Positions 60,942 through 64,000 of a DNA stretch of 64,000 nt are shown here, one piece after another. Location of the stretch: the NCBI GenBank assembly GCA_965223075.1, contig OZ244986.1, positions 3,421,630-3,485,629 of the forward strand. Direction: 5' to 3'. The position numbers and the translations under genes were made by a program. The stretch is from Candidatus Marinacidobacterium sp. (lineage in GTDB: Bacteria > Acidobacteriota > Vicinamibacteria > Marinacidobacterales > Marinacidobacteraceae). Every line of letters begins with the position of its first letter. The first letter of the stretch is position 1. A model generated the notes under the pieces. That model saw nothing but the letters and a program-made list of their open reading frames with translations. It was not told the DNA's origin and did not search any database.

Positions 60942-61388
60942 TCAGCGATCCACGCGGGTCAGGACCCCGTCTTTCAGTTCCACAAAGGGCCAGTCGGCCA
61001 GCCTCCGGAACTCGTCGTCACCGACCGAGACCAGTGCTGGGGAGCGGCCGTACATCTCCTGCCCCACCACGCAGGCGAGGGCGAGGAAGACGTCCACTCC
61101 GCGGGTAATCATTGCGGCCGGGGCCGTTTTGCGCCGGATCGCCTCCAGGAGAACCGCGGTGGTCGTTGACGATCCGCGCGTGGCGGGAAGGACGAGCGCC
61201 TTGCCCGCTGCCGTCTCTCCGGCCAGGGGGTGGTGCGTATCGGTGATTCGACCCGAAGCGGCGTCGTACCCGCCCCAAAAACTCAGCGGCTGGGTCGCGT
61301 GGAGGACGCTTCCCGAAGCGCTTCCGGCAACGATCACCTGCCCGTCGAGTTGGGCGCTGCCAGAATCCGAGCTTTTCGAAACCGACAT
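60942..61388 (-). CDS. Aconitase X swivel subunit (DUF126)
   Basis: PLSFWGG.D...G.I.D..HPL.G, RGSS, APAA. Confidence 0.85.
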   Translation of the reverse strand: MSVSKSSDSGSAQLDGQVIVAGSASGSVLHATQPLSFWGGYDAASGRITDTHHPLAGETAAGKALVLPATRGSSTTTAVLLEAIRRKTAPAAMITRGVDVFLALACVVGQEMYGRSPALVSVGDDEFRRLADWPFVELKDGVLTRVDR

Positions 61389-61393
61389 CCCGA

Positions 61394-62689
61394 TCAGTCC
61401 CAAGGCCCCGGCTCGCGGATAACCCGCCCCTCGCGGGCCGACTCCACGCATTCCGCGAGACTGCCGAAGGCGACCGCCGACCCCAGGAGGCCTGGGGAGT
61501 ACCACGCGTACTTGGCGGAGTTCGTCATGAGGCGGCGCGTGGTTCCGGGGGCCATCGGCGTAGCCAGGACGCAGGTGTCCACCATCAGGCGGGCTCCAAA
61601 AGCGTGAAGCGGTTCCAGGTGCCCGGCGCGTTCGGCCAGGTCGCGGACGGCGCGGCTCGTGGTCACGACCAGTTCGCATCCGCCTTCTTTCCGGGAAGCA
61701 CCCCCGGGGCCGCGCTCGCGGAGCAGGGCTGCGAGCTTCCCGAATTCGGCGAAGGAGAAGTGCGGGCTTCCGAGCACCACCATGTCCAGGGCGCCCTCGC
61801 CGTGGGTGGTCAGCTCCCGGCGCGCCGCGCGCAGTTCCTCCAGCCCGACGTCCCGGGTGGCGACCGGCTTCCGGCTGCCGAGCGCGTCCCGCAGGGTGGG
61901 GGCTTCCGGAGTTACTCCGGGAATGTGAAAGAGGGCGACGGCGCCGGAAGAGGCGGCAGCCGCCCCCAGAGCCTTTAGCTGGTCCTCCTCGGGAATGACC
62001 GGCAATCCGGCGATCGCCACTGGATCGTCCTCGGCGAAGGGGCCCAGAAGATGGCCGAGGACCGGATAGAAGTCGTCGGCGGCTGCGAGTTCCTCGGGGA
62101 TGCCCCGGAGGCGGAGAACGCGGGTGGCCAGGCGGTTCTCGTCGAGATGCAAGCCCACCGCGGGCGCCCGCCCGGTAATGGCGCAGCAGATGTCGAGGAG
62201 GTCGGGATAGCGCTCGGTGCGCGCTCCGATCACCGAATTCGCGAAGCAGACCGCATTCGACTCGCCCCAGGCGATCTGCTGTCCGAACCGGGGGGTCTGT
62301 CGGCCCTGGTAGGGAGCGCAGGTCCAGGTCGGGATGGTCCCCATCGAGGCGTAGGCCCGCATCTGGCGGCCCGACTTCTCCGCCCATTCCGCGGGAACCG
62401 ACCAGTCACGCCAGTTGAATTCGTCCAGCCCGCTCACGTTCAGCGTGGAGGGCACCCGCACCCGGGCCCCCAGCCCGGCGAGGCGTTCCGCAAACTCGAG
62501 GCCCGCGTCGCCTACGTAGATCGTGCTGTCGATGTGGGCTGCTTCGATGTCCAGCATCGAGGGGGCGCCCCGAACCTCGGCGATGCGGGTGAGGATGCGC
62601 ATGGCGAGTTGCGGCGCTTCCCCCTCCTCGCCCGCGAGCAGCGCGCGGTCGAACGCGCTGAGACCGACGGCGCCCGACTCCCCGCTCAT
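61394..62689 (-). CDS. Aconitase X catalytic subunit (DUF521)
   Basis: AHIDS, TWTCAPY, AWGESNA, GSPH, DTC, TNSAKYA. Confidence 0.88.
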   Translation of the reverse strand: MSGESGAVGLSAFDRALLAGEEGEAPQLAMRILTRIAEVRGAPSMLDIEAAHIDSTIYVGDAGLEFAERLAGLGARVRVPSTLNVSGLDEFNWRDWSVPAEWAEKSGRQMRAYASMGTIPTWTCAPYQGRQTPRFGQQIAWGESNAVCFANSVIGARTERYPDLLDICCAITGRAPAVGLHLDENRLATRVLRLRGIPEELAAADDFYPVLGHLLGPFAEDDPVAIAGLPVIPEEDQLKALGAAAASSGAVALFHIPGVTPEAPTLRDALGSRKPVATRDVGLEELRAARRELTTHGEGALDMVVLGSPHFSFAEFGKLAALLRERGPGGASRKEGGCELVVTTSRAVRDLAERAGHLEPLHAFGARLMVDTCVLATPMAPGTTRRLMTNSAKYAWYSPGLLGSAVAFGSLAECVESAREGRVIREPGPWD

Positions 62690-62714
62690 GGGACAGGGTT
62701 CGCCGGCGTCCCGG

Positions 62715-64000
62715 TCAATCGCGGTTGGATGCGGCGCTCGCGCGCTTCCAGACGAAACGGTTGATCGCCAGACACAGCAAGATGAGCAGGCCGACCTGGA
62801 AGATCACCGTCCCGGCGGTGAACTCGCCGAAGGGATCCCAACCGCCTTCGACGGATGCCGCCTGCCACATCCACCACGCGACGAGCGCCACGAACTCGAT
62901 CGGAATGAGCCAGGTGATGATCCGTTCGAACCAGGCGCCGACGCGCCATTCCTCCTCGGACCCCATCAGGTGTTCCTCCCGGAACCGGCGCGCTCCCCGG
63001 CGGATCACGGTGATGGCGACGAAGAGTCCCGAGACCATCAGCGCGACGCCCCACGCCCAGTCCTGGTTGCGGAAGAAGCCGAGTGCGAACGCGGAGGGCA
63101 GTCCCATCACGAACGCGACCGCGGCCACCATGGGGACGGAGCGGCGGCGCTCGACGCCCAGGTCCATGATCATCCGGTTCACGAGTTCGAGCTGGGTGAT
63201 GAGCGAGGAGATGGCGGCGCAGCAGAGGGTGAGGAAGAAAAGCGGCAGGAGGATGCTGCCGCCCGGCATGTCGCCGAAGAGTTGCGGAAGCCAGATGAAG
63301 GTCAATCCCTCGTTGCTCGATCCGAGCGCCGCTTCGGTGGCCGCGGTGGAGGTGCTGAGGGCGAAGACGGTGCAGATCACCGCGATCCCGGCGAGCAGCG
63401 ACGCGAAGTTGTTGGCGAACACCGCGATAATCCCGGTCTTGACGAATCCCTGACCCTCGGGCACGTAGGCCCCGAGCACGGTGATGAGACCCCAGCCGGC
63501 GCCGGTGCTCCAGGCCGTCTGGGTCAGCGCCGAGAGCCAGATCCGGTAATCGGCCAGGTTGCCCACGTCGGGGACGAACAGGAAGCGCAGCCCGTCGGCG
63601 GCTCCCGGGAGCATCACCGCGCGGACCGCGGCGACCGCCAACAGGACGAAGAGCGTGGGGATCAGGTAGCGGTTGACCTGCTCGATCCCGGCGGCGACCC
63701 CCCGGTAGATGATGAAGGAGGCGATCACCAGCGCCAGCCCGTGGAAGAGCACCGGCTGGCTCGAAAGGCCCGTGAAGTTGTCCCAAAACGCCTGCGGGTC
63801 GGCGCCGTCCAGTTCACCGAGCGAGGAGCTGACGAGGTACTTGAGGCACCACCCCGTCACCACCGTGTAGTAGAAGGTGATGAAGGTGGTGACCAGCCCG
63901 ATGAAGATCCCCATCCAGTTGTGACGGCCGCCGGTGGCGACGCCGATGGCGGCGGCCGGGCCGCGGCGCGAACTCTTTCCCAGGGCGAACTCGGCGAGGA
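62715..64000 (-). CDS. Sodium-dependent transporter (NSS/SNF family), 5' end outside window
   Basis: FYYTVVTGW, GIEQVNR, ALTQTAWS, GLTFIWLP, AISSLI. Confidence 0.88.
   Translation of the reverse strand, partial: LAEFALGKSSRRGPAAAIGVATGGRHNWMGIFIGLVTTFITFYYTVVTGWCLKYLVSSSLGELDGADPQAFWDNFTGLSSQPVLFHGLALVIASFIIYRGVAAGIEQVNRYLIPTLFVLLAVAAVRAVMLPGAADGLRFLFVPDVGNLADYRIWLSALTQTAWSTGAGWGLITVLGAYVPEGQGFVKTGIIAVFANNFASLLAGIAVICTVFALSTSTAATEAALGSSNEGLTFIWLPQLFGDMPGGSILLPLFFLTLCCAAISSLITQLELVNRMIMDLGVERRRSVPMVAAVAFVMGLPSAFALGFFRNQDWAWGVALMVSGLFVAITVIRRGARRFREEHLMGSEEEWRVGAWFERIITWLIPIEFVALVAWWMWQAASVEGGWDPFGEFTAGTVIFQVGLLILLCLAINRFVWKRASAASNRD

Overview
High-GC bacterial chromosome segment, most likely Acidobacteriota (inferred from an ADOP-type permease fragment and a DUF1592/DUF1552/ankyrin operon). 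It carries housekeeping genes (prmC-prfA, rpmE, rho, engB, clpX, clpP, tig, rnr, phoBR-like pair, pheA, ppx, apaH, selB, radC, fur, larC, tatD, polyprenyl synthase, comEA, split aconitase X), two tRNA-Leu genes, RNase P RNA, a VapBC pair and two intact IS4-family elements. Most long intergenic spaces are filled by layered repeats: (A) a ~185-220 bp TA-targeting MITE with CAGCCTGTGG termini, (B) a ~350-380 bp modular element carrying REP-like hairpins, and (C) a 20-nt unit, GCCCCCACCGGGAGAACTGG, seen about 20 times and only inside other repeats, where it usually replaces 2 nt of the host. Unit C equals the left end of element B joined to its right end, which suggests an unrecognised end-joining or excision-footprint mobility system. 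Other notable items are MITE ends that form extended -10 promoters, a shared candidate +1 frameshift in both IS4 transposases, an 11-bp-periodic PHO-box-like array before a porin, and an AT-rich 23-bp-periodic operator array before comEA. All calls come from reading the sequence and ORF track by eye; no database searches were run.
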